From positions 32,001 to 96,000 of the forward strand of contig JBBFKZ010000003.1 of NCBI GenBank assembly GCA_037481775.1: a stretch of 64,000 nucleotides of DNA, given 5' to 3'. Below, piece after piece: positions 45,419 to 55,455 of this stretch. Within the stretch, counting starts at the first letter, position 1; the number at the start of each line of letters is the position of its first letter. A model generated the notes under the pieces. That model searched no databases, had not been told where the DNA came from, and saw only the letters and a list, made by a program, of their open reading frames with translations. This stretch comes from Candidatus Bathyarchaeia archaeon (lineage in GTDB: Archaea; Thermoproteota; Bathyarchaeia; Bathyarchaeales; Bathycorpusculaceae). The translations under genes and the position numbers were made by a program.

Positions 45419-45817
45419 ATGCACGAGTGGGCTTTAGCTGAAGCAGTAATTATAGCTGCAGGAAAAATTGCCGAAAAGGAAAAACTGCGCGAAGTTAGAG
45501 AAGTAACCATTAAAGTCGGTGAACTTCAGCAGGTAGAAGAGGATATACTGCGTTTCGCGCTTTCACAGCTAAAGCCAGTCAACTTCAAAAACACGGAGTT
45601 CCATATTACTAAAGCGCGGACGACACTTAGATGCCGAGTTTGCGGAAACAACTGGCTTTTCAAGAGGAACAAACTGGATGAAAACACCGCGGAAGCCATA
45701 CATTTTGTCCCTGAAGTCGCGCATTCCTACATTAAATGCCCAAAATGCGGCAGCCCAGACTTTGAAATCATCGAAGGACGGGGAATATGGCTTGAAAATA
45801 TAAAGGGAGTACGCTAA
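45419..45817 (+). CDS. hypA: Hydrogenase nickel incorporation protein HypA
   Basis: MHEWALA, CRVC and CPKC motifs. Confidence 0.95.
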   Translation: MHEWALAEAVIIAAGKIAEKEKLREVREVTIKVGELQQVEEDILRFALSQLKPVNFKNTEFHITKARTTLRCRVCGNNWLFKRNKLDENTAEAIHFVPEVAHSYIKCPKCGSPDFEIIEGRGIWLENIKGVR

Positions 45818-45819
45818 AG

Positions 45820-46551
45820 GTGATTGACCCGCGAGCAGAAATGATAAACGGAAGACTAAAGGAAATAGGCAGAATCATAGCGGTTTCAAGTGGGAAAGGC
45901 GGAGTCGGCAAAAGTCTCGTGGCAACTAACCTCGCGCTGGCGCTGTCTCAACAAGGCTGCAAAGTGGGACTCTTCGATTTGGACTTCACAAGCCCCTCAA
46001 CACACCTAATTCTAGGCGCCAAAGACGTCAAGCCGAAAGAGGAAAAGGGCATAGTGCCGCCAACCGTTAATGGCTTAGTTTACATGACAATAGTCTACTT
46101 CTCAGGCGACAAAGCAACGCCGCTAAGAGGAGAAGACGTGTCAAACGCACTAATCGAGCTGTTTTCAGTCACACAATGGGGCAAACTCGATTTTCTCATT
46201 ATAGACATGCCTCCCGGCATAAGCGACGCCGTGCTTGATCTAGTAAGGCTTGTTAAAGACATAGAATTCCTGATAGTGACTACTCCTTCGCTTTTGGCTT
46301 TTGAAACCGTAAAAAAGCAGATAAGCTTACTGCGCGACTTGAAGATTCCGATAATTGGTATCGTGGAAAACATGAAAATGAACGAGGCAAACACCATAGA
46401 GCATGAAACGGAAAAGCTCGGCGTAAAATTTCTGACGGGGATCCCCTTTGACCCTAAAGTGGAGGAAGCCATCGGAGACGCAGCAAAACTCGGTGATACC
46501 ATAATCGCCAAGAAGATTAGGCAGGTAGCAGAAACAGAAATTATACTGTGA
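45820..46551 (+). CDS. mrp: Mrp/NBP35-family ATPase
   Basis: SGKGGVGKS, DMPPG, ENM. Confidence 0.92.
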   Translation: MIDPRAEMINGRLKEIGRIIAVSSGKGGVGKSLVATNLALALSQQGCKVGLFDLDFTSPSTHLILGAKDVKPKEEKGIVPPTVNGLVYMTIVYFSGDKATPLRGEDVSNALIELFSVTQWGKLDFLIIDMPPGISDAVLDLVRLVKDIEFLIVTTPSLLAFETVKKQISLLRDLKIPIIGIVENMKMNEANTIEHETEKLGVKFLTGIPFDPKVEEAIGDAAKLGDTIIAKKIRQVAETEIIL

Positions 46552-46594
46552 AAAGGCTATTATCCATAAACAAGCAAGGTAAGAATGCGGATAA

Positions 46595-47344
46595 TTGCAG
46601 GAGCTGCGGAAGGTGGCGCATGCTAAAGCAGTATTAACCGATTATATTGGCACGTTAGTGAACGCCCGCTACTATAGCATGGACGCCTCACGGAGAACGC
46701 TGCACAGAGCTCTAAAAGACGCTGGATTAGAAACAGAATTTGAAAAGTTTCTGGAAGCCTACAAGCGAGCACATGAGAAATATCGCTTAATACGCTACGG
46801 GCAACTTGAAGTGACGAATGCGGTATGGGTCTGCGAGGCTCTCAACGACTTAGGATGCAGAACAAGCACCGAGGATCCACAAATCAAAGCGGCCCTAAAC
46901 GTTTTCTTTAAGGACTACGTTGATTCCCTCGAGCTTAGACCATGCGCCAAGAAATTGCTTAGAAGGATAAAGGAAAACTGCAAGCTTGGTTTAGTATCCA
47001 ACTTCACCTATGCGCCTGTAGTCTACGCTAGCTTGAGAAAACTAGGGATAAGCCAGTTTTTCGATGTAGTTGTGGTTTCAGAGGAAAACGGCTGGAGAAA
47101 ACCGCACACGCAGATCTTCCAATGCGCCTTGGAGAAGCTGCGGGTTAAGGCGGAAGAAGCAATCTTCATCGGCGATAGTCCCTTGGAAGACATTAAAGGC
47201 GCCAAAGAAATTGGAATGAAAACAGTTTTTGTCGCATCCCAGTTTTATTCACTGAAAGACTTGCAGGACAGCGGCGAAGAGCCGAACGTTATCGCTGAAG
47301 ATCTGCGACAAATTCATAAAGACTTTTTGAATATTATAAGCTAA
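46595..47344 (+). CDS. HAD-family hydrolase
   Basis: DYIGTL, VSN, KP, IGDS..DI.GA. Confidence 0.88.
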   Translation: MQELRKVAHAKAVLTDYIGTLVNARYYSMDASRRTLHRALKDAGLETEFEKFLEAYKRAHEKYRLIRYGQLEVTNAVWVCEALNDLGCRTSTEDPQIKAALNVFFKDYVDSLELRPCAKKLLRRIKENCKLGLVSNFTYAPVVYASLRKLGISQFFDVVVVSEENGWRKPHTQIFQCALEKLRVKAEEAIFIGDSPLEDIKGAKEIGMKTVFVASQFYSLKDLQDSGEEPNVIAEDLRQIHKDFLNIIS

Positions 47345-47375
47345 CTAATCAACCAATAGGCATGCGAAAGCGAGG

Positions 47376-47993
47376 CTATTTACCGAGTTTTTCAGCGAGA
47401 AGACGCTCAGCTATTTTCAGCTCTTGCACGGTGTTTATGTTCACCGCAACCTCCTTCAAATCCAGCAAGCAAATTGCTTGTTCTAACTCGCCCTCGTCAA
47501 TCCTGCGCCCGTCAATCAAGTTGATTCCTGCAGGAACTACACGCGTGCCTTCAAAGGTAAACGCATATTCTCCGCTAAACCCCAACCGCTCTTTCGTTTC
47601 AAACGGAACTACAACGCTCAATGCGGGCTTACCGCACCTTTCATAACACTTCACTATAGCGTCGATAACTTCCCCAGTAATCAATGGGAGATCAGCTCCA
47701 ATAGCTAGGACAGCATTCAATCCGAGGCTTTTAAGAGCGTATTGCATGTCAGAAACGTATTCTTTTCCAGGAGTTTTGATAACGGAAACTGGAAACCGCA
47801 GCATCAGCGCCGCCGTTTTAGGTGTATAGTCACTGACAGCAACCACGATGGAGTCAACTTTCTTGGCTGCTCTCAACGCCGTAATGATGTACTCGATAAT
47901 AGGTTTGCCGCCTATGCAGATAAGTGGCTTCTCCTCAGAAAGCGCCATGCGGGTGCCCTTCCCGCCGGCCATGACAAGCGCGGTTACGCCCAC
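47376..47993 (-). CDS. cobY: Adenosylcobinamide-phosphate guanylyltransferase
   Basis: MAGGKGTRM..EKP, ADLP and NINT motifs; follows cobS. Confidence 0.88.
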   Translation of the reverse strand: MGVTALVMAGGKGTRMALSEEKPLICIGGKPIIEYIITALRAAKKVDSIVVAVSDYTPKTAALMLRFPVSVIKTPGKEYVSDMQYALKSLGLNAVLAIGADLPLITGEVIDAIVKCYERCGKPALSVVVPFETKERLGFSGEYAFTFEGTRVVPAGINLIDGRRIDEGELEQAICLLDLKEVAVNINTVQELKIAERLLAEKLGK

Positions 47994-48736
47994 CGCATCA
48001 CCGCCAACAAAGCGACCAGAGAAGTCATTCGGACAATCTCGTTTGTTGCACCCAGCACGTCGCCTGTTACACCCTTAAAGTGTCTATGGGCAATTTCTAC
48101 CATAATGAAGCTTGCCGCTATGGCCGCAAGCAAGGTCAAGGCGCCTGCCAACCGCAGCAGAGGTAAGATTATCGCGAAGGAAATAGCCACAGCCGCGAGT
48201 AGTCGTGTATTGCCGTTTTTGCCATGCATAGCCTCAAGAAAGGCAGAGCTCATTCCCTGATGAACTGCGTTGCCGGCCCAGGCACCGATGACCATGGCTA
48301 ATTTCGCTGCAACCTCAGCCACTATTATGCCCTGGATGATTATGCCTCTGTGCAGTTCAGCTATGGAGAACGCCGTGACTAAGAAGGTAATTATCCCAAG
48401 GGATAATCCGCCCGCGCCAGTTAACTGGTCATGCATGATTTCGATTTTTCTTTCCGCTGAGCCATGAGCCATAATTCCGTCGCCGAAATCCAACAAGCCA
48501 TCGGTGTGATGTAACCCTGTGATTAGCAACAGCACGCCGAGCACTAACGTGCCCACGACTAAGCTGGGGAGAAAATGGGCAGTAATCCAACCGAATAAAC
48601 CAGCCAAAAACCCGATGAACGCGCCTACCAGTGGAAAAAGGAACATAAACTTTGCAGAGTCGGTTAAACAATCTTTGTCCATACTTACTGGAATAATTGT
48701 AAGAAAAGAAAGGAGATTTTTAACTTCTTTAAGCAT
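47984..48736 (-). CDS. cobS: Cobamide synthase
   Basis: TGLHHTDGLLDFGDG, IMHD..GAGG, GVTGDVLGA. Confidence 0.93.
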   Translation of the reverse strand: MLKEVKNLLSFLTIIPVSMDKDCLTDSAKFMFLFPLVGAFIGFLAGLFGWITAHFLPSLVVGTLVLGVLLLITGLHHTDGLLDFGDGIMAHGSAERKIEIMHDQLTGAGGLSLGIITFLVTAFSIAELHRGIIIQGIIVAEVAAKLAMVIGAWAGNAVHQGMSSAFLEAMHGKNGNTRLLAAVAISFAIILPLLRLAGALTLLAAIAASFIMVEIAHRHFKGVTGDVLGATNEIVRMTSLVALLAVMRWA

Positions 48737-48745
48737 TTAGCCGCA

Positions 48746-49846
48746 TCACCGTACGCCCATTAACAACTCATAGTTTCTCTCAATTTCCTTAAGCATCATA
48801 CCCCTTGTTATGGCGCCGCCCGTCTTAGCCATCGCCGCTATGGAAGCACCGCCAGCGCCTACACCTTCCTTTACAATGCCCTTCTCATAAGCCTTTAAAC
48901 CGTCAAATCGAGACGATGCAAAGTCCAGATCAGCTGCTAAAATGGGCACATCTGCAATCTGATCCACAATGCCCTTGATATCGGATGAGCAGTCGCTTAT
49001 AACCCAACGCGTGGTGCCGATAGCCACGTTGCACAAGATGCTTGGCTTCAACGCTTTGGCAACGGCTAATACAGCGGTCATCTGAGTGCCTCCGGCCATT
49101 AGCACTGGAACTTGAGCGGCAGCACCGATAACTAAGCCCGCGAAAGCAGGCATCATAGGGTCGCCTAGGCATGCGATTGCTTTAACGGGGTTTTTTGCCA
49201 AGCCGCCGAACCCTACGCTTGCAGAGGCTAATCCCACGCGGACGGCTTCACTTTTTAAGCTGTGCGGATTTTCTGGCATGCTACTGCTGACTTTCCCTTC
49301 AGCTTTTACGCCCATGGCTGACAGAACACCTAATGCGGTTGTTGTGCCGCCTGGTATGCTCTCGCCGATTACAAGGTAATCAGCCATCTTAGCCAGATGC
49401 TCGCCTGCCAAAGTAGCCCGCTGAATAACCGCCTCAACGTTATCCACTGCGTTTCCAGTTCTTATGTCTCTGCCTGGGCTTCCGCCTAAATCCAAAAACG
49501 GAATCTGCGGCTTCACCTTCAACCCGCCACATGCAACAATCACAGGTATATCCGCAAGCTTCAAAGCTGACAGAGTTATCAACGCCGGCGTTGGAATGCC
49601 ATCAGGAGTAACGGGCACACCTGCAATGCATTTACATTTGCCCAACAGCAGTAGCTCAGCATCCGCGGGTGGTGTGTAATCAGTGAATTCTGGAAATTTC
49701 CCAGCTGCTGATATACCAGGAATCTTGGCTGTTTCTGTTGTGGCTATGGTGCAGACGAAAAGCGGCTTCTTTCCATCCAGCTCTTCTAGGAAGGCTTCTG
49801 CCTTAGGCTCGTTTCGTGCTAATATCACATCAAAGGTTTTTTTCAT
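48746..49846 (-). CDS. cobT: Archaeal NaMN:base phosphoribosyltransferase
   Basis: TETAKIPGISAAG, GESIPGGTTTA, AGGTQM, KEGVGAGG. Confidence 0.92.
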   Translation of the reverse strand: MKKTFDVILARNEPKAEAFLEELDGKKPLFVCTIATTETAKIPGISAAGKFPEFTDYTPPADAELLLLGKCKCIAGVPVTPDGIPTPALITLSALKLADIPVIVACGGLKVKPQIPFLDLGGSPGRDIRTGNAVDNVEAVIQRATLAGEHLAKMADYLVIGESIPGGTTTALGVLSAMGVKAEGKVSSSMPENPHSLKSEAVRVGLASASVGFGGLAKNPVKAIACLGDPMMPAFAGLVIGAAAQVPVLMAGGTQMTAVLAVAKALKPSILCNVAIGTTRWVISDCSSDIKGIVDQIADVPILAADLDFASSRFDGLKAYEKGIVKEGVGAGGASIAAMAKTGGAITRGMMLKEIERNYELLMGVR

Positions 49847-49854
49847 TACCAAAC

Positions 49855-50529
49855 CTACCATTTCTTAGATTTGACTGTGAAACTTTTGATCATCAAGCGC
49901 CCATAACCATTAAGCCTTACCTTCTCGCTTTCAAGAATCTCAAGCCGCTTCCTGAAGATTGGCCCGTCTATTACAAGTGTGTGAAATTCACCATGCTCTC
50001 CACAGGGGTCAACGGTACCAAGCCGGCACAGGTCATCAAAGAACGCTTGGGTTATTTCTCTGCCAAGCCACTCTAGCCCCAGCAATTCGGTTTTTACCCT
50101 AACCAAGACAGCCTTGAAACCCGCGGCTATGAACTCCCGGAGAATCTGGGTGGTATCGCGATGCCACAGAGGCCTAACAGGCACTAAGCCCACTTCTTTG
50201 CAGATACGCTCTAACCAGCCAGCCTCATGCAGAGCCACGTCAAAAACATCCCCAGTCACAATACCTTCCACGCCCTCGGCTTTCAGCTTCAGTAATGCCT
50301 TCTTGAAATCTTGCTCGTAAGTCGCGGGGGTGGTTGTCCATTTTTCTATTGGAATACCGATGGCTTCTGATTGGGCATCAAGCAGGTCTGAGGGGATCAT
50401 GTGGAAATTTGATTTTTGCGGGTCAGACATCATAGTCAACAAATGCGACACAGCGTGCCCTTCCTGGATTGCTTTGTAGCATGCAAAGCAGCTGTCTTTG
50501 CCGCCGCTCCATGAAGCAACAAGTTTCAT
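49855..50529 (-). CDS. Diphthine-ammonia-ligase-like PP-loop ATPase (DUF71)
   Basis: SWSGGKDS and DPCGEHGEFHT motifs. Confidence 0.88.
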   Translation of the reverse strand: MKLVASWSGGKDSCFACYKAIQEGHAVSHLLTMMSDPQKSNFHMIPSDLLDAQSEAIGIPIEKWTTTPATYEQDFKKALLKLKAEGVEGIVTGDVFDVALHEAGWLERICKEVGLVPVRPLWHRDTTQILREFIAAGFKAVLVRVKTELLGLEWLGREITQAFFDDLCRLGTVDPCGEHGEFHTLVIDGPIFRKRLEILESEKVRLNGYGRLMIKSFTVKSKKW

Positions 50530-50546
50530 GCGTTTGATCGCCTCCC

Positions 50547-51884
50547 CTATTTCTCCTCATTTTTGTTATGAATTTCAGGTTTCAGATGGGCAAGGAATCG
50601 GGTTTTTTCTTCCTTAGCTACTTTCAGCTTTTCTGCGGACACATTAAGCAGTGAAAGAAGCTCGGTTTGGTCTTTAACAAAAACGGCGCCCTTATTTTTC
50701 AGCTCGGCAAGCAACGCTTTCGCCTTGCCTTTGGTGAAATCTCGGCTTTCAATGGGCACTTCATCAATGACAAATGTGGGAACCCCGCGCTCTAACGATG
50801 CGAGGGCAGCTTCCAAGTTCTGAAGGTTGCCGAAGCCAAAGGGGACAGAGGTTACCACGACAACGCTGGCTTTTTCAATCATTGCCAGGTTATCTTTATG
50901 AGTCTTTTCAGTGATAGGTGAGAACGGTGCTTCGGACGCCACTGGAATCTTCAGGAATTGGGCTGTTTCAAAATCGGTGTCCAGAACGTTAAGAACGCCT
51001 GCGGTTACACTGTAGCCCTCGTCCAGCAAAGCTTTCATGAGCGCAGTGCCAGTGCCAGCTCCGCATATAAGGTGTATTGCACACTTTCTGGAGGGCGGCG
51101 TCTTCTGCGGCGAAAGCGGAATGACGAAGAGAGAGTTGGTTACAAGATGTTTTTTCACTATGGCGTCAACATCGAAAACACTCTTGATGTTTTCACTTGT
51201 AAGAACCTCTTCCAAGCTTCCAGCAGCAAATATCTTGCCTTTCTTGAGCATAATGGCTGATGTGCAATAGCGCGCGGCCAAGTTCAAATCGTGAAAAACT
51301 GCTAAAACTATCAGCTTCTCATTGTCACAAAGCGACTTAACAAGATCCATGATCTCCAGCTGGTTAATAATATCCAAATGCGTCAGTGGCTCATCCAGCA
51401 GCAATATTTTAGGCTCCTGCGCCAATGCGCGCGCAATTATTACACGCTGCCGTTCACCACCACTGAGCTCATTAACGGGGCGCTCGGCAAACTGCCAAGT
51501 ATTAGTTAAGAGCATAGCCTTCTTCGCGATTGCCATGTCTTTGCTGCTTTCCATCTGAAAGCGGGACATGTGCGGATTTCTTCCCATCAGCACGATGTCG
51601 AGTGCAGCGAAGTTGAAGCCTATGCTGCTATCCTGCGGCACAACGGCTAATTGCCTTGCAACATCCACGCTTTTGAGAGAATAAATATCGGCCTCATTGA
51701 GCAGAATAGTTCCCCTGTAAGGTTTGAGTGTCCGGCTTATGCTCTTGAGCAACGTGGTTTTTCCAGAACCGTTAGGGCCGAGTATCCCAACGAAGTCGCC
51801 TTCTTTTACTGTGAAGCTTACGTTCTCCAAGACTTTAACAGAGCCGTAGCGGCATTCAATTCCGTCAACGTTTAACACAACCAT
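50547..51884 (-). CDS. btuD: Corrinoid ABC transporter ATPase with C-terminal extension
   Basis: GPNGSGKT, LSGGE, LLDEP; extra domain beginning IHLICGAGTG. Confidence 0.88.
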   Translation of the reverse strand: MVVLNVDGIECRYGSVKVLENVSFTVKEGDFVGILGPNGSGKTTLLKSISRTLKPYRGTILLNEADIYSLKSVDVARQLAVVPQDSSIGFNFAALDIVLMGRNPHMSRFQMESSKDMAIAKKAMLLTNTWQFAERPVNELSGGERQRVIIARALAQEPKILLLDEPLTHLDIINQLEIMDLVKSLCDNEKLIVLAVFHDLNLAARYCTSAIMLKKGKIFAAGSLEEVLTSENIKSVFDVDAIVKKHLVTNSLFVIPLSPQKTPPSRKCAIHLICGAGTGTALMKALLDEGYSVTAGVLNVLDTDFETAQFLKIPVASEAPFSPITEKTHKDNLAMIEKASVVVVTSVPFGFGNLQNLEAALASLERGVPTFVIDEVPIESRDFTKGKAKALLAELKNKGAVFVKDQTELLSLLNVSAEKLKVAKEEKTRFLAHLKPEIHNKNEEK

Positions 51885-51896
51885 GGCTCATCAGCC

Positions 51897-52994
51897 TCAT
51901 AACGCGTAGCTTTGCTTCTTTTTTCTAAACAGAATAATGAAGAAGGGCGCACCCGCCAGCATTGTGATTATGCCCACTGGCAACTCGAGAGTTGAAGCAA
52001 ACGGCGTCGCGATGACTCGTGCTATAGCATCGCAGACAACGAGGAATATGGCGCCAACTATTGTGGATGCGGGGAACAGAATGCGGTGGTCAGGCCCAAT
52101 AACTAACCGTGTTATGTGCGGAACCATTAAGCCGACAAAACCGACGAGCCCGCTTAGCGAAACAGCAGCAGCAGTCACCATCGAAGCAAACACGAGCAGA
52201 ATCTGCTTTACGCGCTCTATATTCACGCCCAAGTGCTGAGCAGTTTCTTCACCTAAAGCAAGCAAATTCAAGTCGCGAGCGTAGAAGTAAACGACTACAA
52301 CGCCAACGATTATGAACGGTAGCACTGCCCAAATGTCCGACCAGAGAACGTTGGAGAAGCCGCCGATTAACCAGAACACTATTGCATGAAGCTCATCGCC
52401 GGCTATGACCTCTAAAAGAGCAACAACAGCGTAGAGAAAGAAGTTAACAGCTATACCACAGAGCAATAACGTTGTTACCGGGACTCTTGAGCCTACACGG
52501 GATATATTATAAACAAGAAACATGGCAAATAAAGCGCCGAGAAAAGCCGCTATCTGCACAAGCCTTAAGCCGAAGAGGAGAGTGCCTGAGCCAAAAAGCA
52601 GCGAGAATGATGCGCCAGTAGCCGCGCCAGCGGAGACACCTAAAATGTAGGAGTCTGCCATCGGATTTCTGAATACGCCTTGATATACCACGCCTGAAGC
52701 CGCGAGGGCAGCGCCCACCACCACGCCGGCTATTATTCGTGGCAAGCGTATTTGAAGAATAATAGCAGATTCTCTAGGTAAAACCAGAGAAGAATCTATG
52801 TAGCCATTTAGAAATGGGATCTGTTTACCTAGTGTGGCCAGAATATTTGTAAATGGGATTTGAGCATAACCTACATTTAGCGAAATTAAAACTGTTACAA
52901 ACAAAGCCACCAATAACAAAATTACAATTAGCTTCCATCGGGTAGCACGCCGAAAATATGTCCCTTCAACTTCGCTGGTGCTCATGGCGTTCAC
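51897..52994 (-). CDS. btuC: Corrinoid ABC transporter permease
   Basis: IRLPRI, FRNPMA, FVGLMVPH, LPVGI. Confidence 0.9.
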   Translation of the reverse strand: MNAMSTSEVEGTYFRRATRWKLIVILLLVALFVTVLISLNVGYAQIPFTNILATLGKQIPFLNGYIDSSLVLPRESAIILQIRLPRIIAGVVVGAALAASGVVYQGVFRNPMADSYILGVSAGAATGASFSLLFGSGTLLFGLRLVQIAAFLGALFAMFLVYNISRVGSRVPVTTLLLCGIAVNFFLYAVVALLEVIAGDELHAIVFWLIGGFSNVLWSDIWAVLPFIIVGVVVVYFYARDLNLLALGEETAQHLGVNIERVKQILLVFASMVTAAAVSLSGLVGFVGLMVPHITRLVIGPDHRILFPASTIVGAIFLVVCDAIARVIATPFASTLELPVGIITMLAGAPFFIILFRKKKQSYAL

Positions 52995-53014
52995 ACAGAA
53001 AAAGTGAGAGGAAC

Positions 53015-53980
53015 TTAAAAGAGTTCTGGATGGAATGCCTTAGCTAACTCCTCTATGGCATCTGCAACTCGTGGCCCAGCTCTTGAGATAGTGTTAGAAT
53101 CTACTGTATATATCCTGTTGTTTTGTACAGCGCTTATTGAACTCCAACCAGGCCGCGCCTTAACAGCATCTATACTGACCCAGAAAGGTTCCCCTTTTCC
53201 CATACCTTCTTCGGGCAGAATTATCACGTCAGGATTCCTTTGAATAACCGCTTCAGAACTTGACTGGAAGTATGCTAAATCCTGATCAGCAAATATGTTG
53301 ACGCCGCCAGCTTTTTCTATAAGCTCATTTTGCCATGCTTCCGCACCTGCAGTCCATAAAGACGTGGGATCATACCAGACTTCATAGTACACTGTCGGTT
53401 TGAACGCTGAAACAGCCACCTTATTAACCACAGCGTCGATTCGGCTCTGGACATTATTGATAAGTTCAAGAGCTTCGGTACGTTTACCAGTTGCATTACC
53501 AACTAGCTCAATGTCTCGCAAGACACCAGCGATGTCTGGAGGATCTAACACTAAAACTTTGTAGCCCAAGTTTCGCAATGTAGTCACAGTTTCTCCCTGA
53601 ACTCCCGCAGTAGCCAAGATCAGGTCAGGCTCAAGCGAAGCGATTACCTCCAAATTTGGATTTTTGAAGTCTCCAATACTGGTCATGTTACCCGCGGCAA
53701 TCCATGCTGAAAAGTTGTATGGATAATCGCAGTATTCACTGACACCTACAACCTTATCGTCTAGACCCAAAGCAAACACGATTTCAGTTGTGCTCGGCGC
53801 AAGTGAAACAATCTTATTAGGTAAAGCGTCCATACTTGTAACATAGCCTGTATCGTCCACCAAGTTACGCAATGCCTCAAGTTGCTCGGCACTTGTGCCG
53901 GTCTGATAAACATAAATAAAGGCAGCAACGGCAATTAACGCGACAATTGCTACCACGGCAACAACGATTTTCATGTTCAT
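53015..53980 (-). CDS. btuF: Corrinoid ABC transporter substrate-binding protein
   Basis: IVSLAPSTTEI, CDYP, NLEVI..LEPDL, R.GPR. Confidence 0.9.
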   Translation of the reverse strand: MNMKIVVAVVAIVALIAVAAFIYVYQTGTSAEQLEALRNLVDDTGYVTSMDALPNKIVSLAPSTTEIVFALGLDDKVVGVSEYCDYPYNFSAWIAAGNMTSIGDFKNPNLEVIASLEPDLILATAGVQGETVTTLRNLGYKVLVLDPPDIAGVLRDIELVGNATGKRTEALELINNVQSRIDAVVNKVAVSAFKPTVYYEVWYDPTSLWTAGAEAWQNELIEKAGGVNIFADQDLAYFQSSSEAVIQRNPDVIILPEEGMGKGEPFWVSIDAVKARPGWSSISAVQNNRIYTVDSNTISRAGPRVADAIEELAKAFHPELF

Positions 53981-54112
53981 TTTATTACCTCTTTGGATGG
54001 TTTATCCATGCGTGCTTATAAAACTTTATGGAAATAAGCAAACAATGGAAAGCGAAAAACTTCAAGAAGGCACGCAACACTTAAAATAAACCCCGCAATA
54101 AGACAGAGGCTG

Positions 54113-54592
54113 ATGAACATGAACGCTGAAAATCCGCCATTACTAGATTATCTCGAAAAAAAAGGCATAAAACTGGAAGACCTTATATCTGCAGCGCTTG
54201 AGCTTTTTGTTCCACACCCAGGTATAGAAACAGAAAAGGAGGCGGCGGAACTTCTTCGAGAAGAATTTTACGAAGTTTTGTCCGATGTCAATGTGTCCTG
54301 CCTTATAGTCGCCTGCTTCAGAGCACAAGAAGATGCTGAAAACGGGTTAATCCCAGGCTTATCAAAAGAAAGATTCATGGGGCGCCCTGGACTCGTAGCC
54401 GACGAGTTATTGGGACTTGCAATAGCCAATTACATTGCAGGCGTAAAGGGCGTGTTTGAATTCACAAGATTTGATCAGGCAAAACCAGGAATCTTGAAAA
54501 AGCTCGGTCCACTCACAAACGATGCTATAGGGGGATTAGTTGCTGGCGTATCATCAAACATGTACACACAAGCCTTTAGGCGCATCAAATGA
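54113..54592 (+). CDS. cobZ: Alpha-ribazole phosphatase CobZ / PgpA-like protein
   Basis: LSDVNV, LVADELLG..IA.YIAG..G.FEF.RFD..KPGIL..LGP. Confidence 0.8.
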   Translation: MNMNAENPPLLDYLEKKGIKLEDLISAALELFVPHPGIETEKEAAELLREEFYEVLSDVNVSCLIVACFRAQEDAENGLIPGLSKERFMGRPGLVADELLGLAIANYIAGVKGVFEFTRFDQAKPGILKKLGPLTNDAIGGLVAGVSSNMYTQAFRRIK

Positions 54593-54607
54593 TTTCATCT
54601 GCGCAGA

Positions 54608-55255
54608 CTATATGCGTTTTTGAAATGCGTCTAAAACTCCGTGGCAGTCGCAGGTTGTGGCTACAACGAATTTCTCCCGTTGCCTTGCCCAATTGAAGAA
54701 GTCTAGAAGTTCACTGCCTTTAAGCGCCCCCATGCCCGGCGCCATCGAATGACTGATCAGAATAAACGCGTCTGGACTAGCGAACCTTATCAGCTCGGTC
54801 ATGGTGCATGGCTTTCTCATGTGCGTAGAGGGGCAGATGGGGGGCATTGAACATTTTTCTACACAGCTTTTGTCTCTGTTGAAGCTTGTAACAAGCTTTC
54901 CCTTCCCAGCAGCCAGCACAACAACTTCAGGCAGTTTGGGCAGTATGGCGTTTATGGCTTCAGTCCATGGATCAAGGGCAAACTTGATTTTCGCCAAGTC
55001 GGCAGCTATGTGCACGGGTGCTGTGGGAAATACATACTCGGGTTTAAGCTTTTCAATCAGCTCTAAAACCGTTGAAAGATCACCTTGAACAAAGTGCTCT
55101 CCATTAGACAGAGATTGCCTCGAAGCCGCGAGCCCAAATCTCCTTACGGCAAGACAGTTTGGATAAGTATCAACTACCACAAAGCCTTTGCCTTTCTGCC
55201 TTAGATGCTCAACTGCGTAGCACCCGTATTTCCCGCCGCCAATAATAATATTCAT
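54608..55255 (-). CDS. NAD-binding Rossmann protein with Cys-rich C-terminus
   Basis: IIIGGGKYG; C..C....CP...C and TCDCHG. Confidence 0.7.
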   Translation of the reverse strand: MNIIIGGGKYGCYAVEHLRQKGKGFVVVDTYPNCLAVRRFGLAASRQSLSNGEHFVQGDLSTVLELIEKLKPEYVFPTAPVHIAADLAKIKFALDPWTEAINAILPKLPEVVVLAAGKGKLVTSFNRDKSCVEKCSMPPICPSTHMRKPCTMTELIRFASPDAFILISHSMAPGMGALKGSELLDFFNWARQREKFVVATTCDCHGVLDAFQKRI

Positions 55256-55455
55256 CTTTTATTCACTTTAGTCTGCTAAAGGCGAATGGCTATTCCAAAG
55301 GTATGTTATAAAACTTTAAGCTAAAAAAGGTTCTCGGACCATAAAACGCCAGAAACTGGAAGCTTATTGGCCGCGTTTTAGCTGCATTTTTCCAGAAATT
55401 ACCATAAGACTATAATATTTTGCTTGCTCAGTGAGATGTGCGCAGCGGAAGCATT

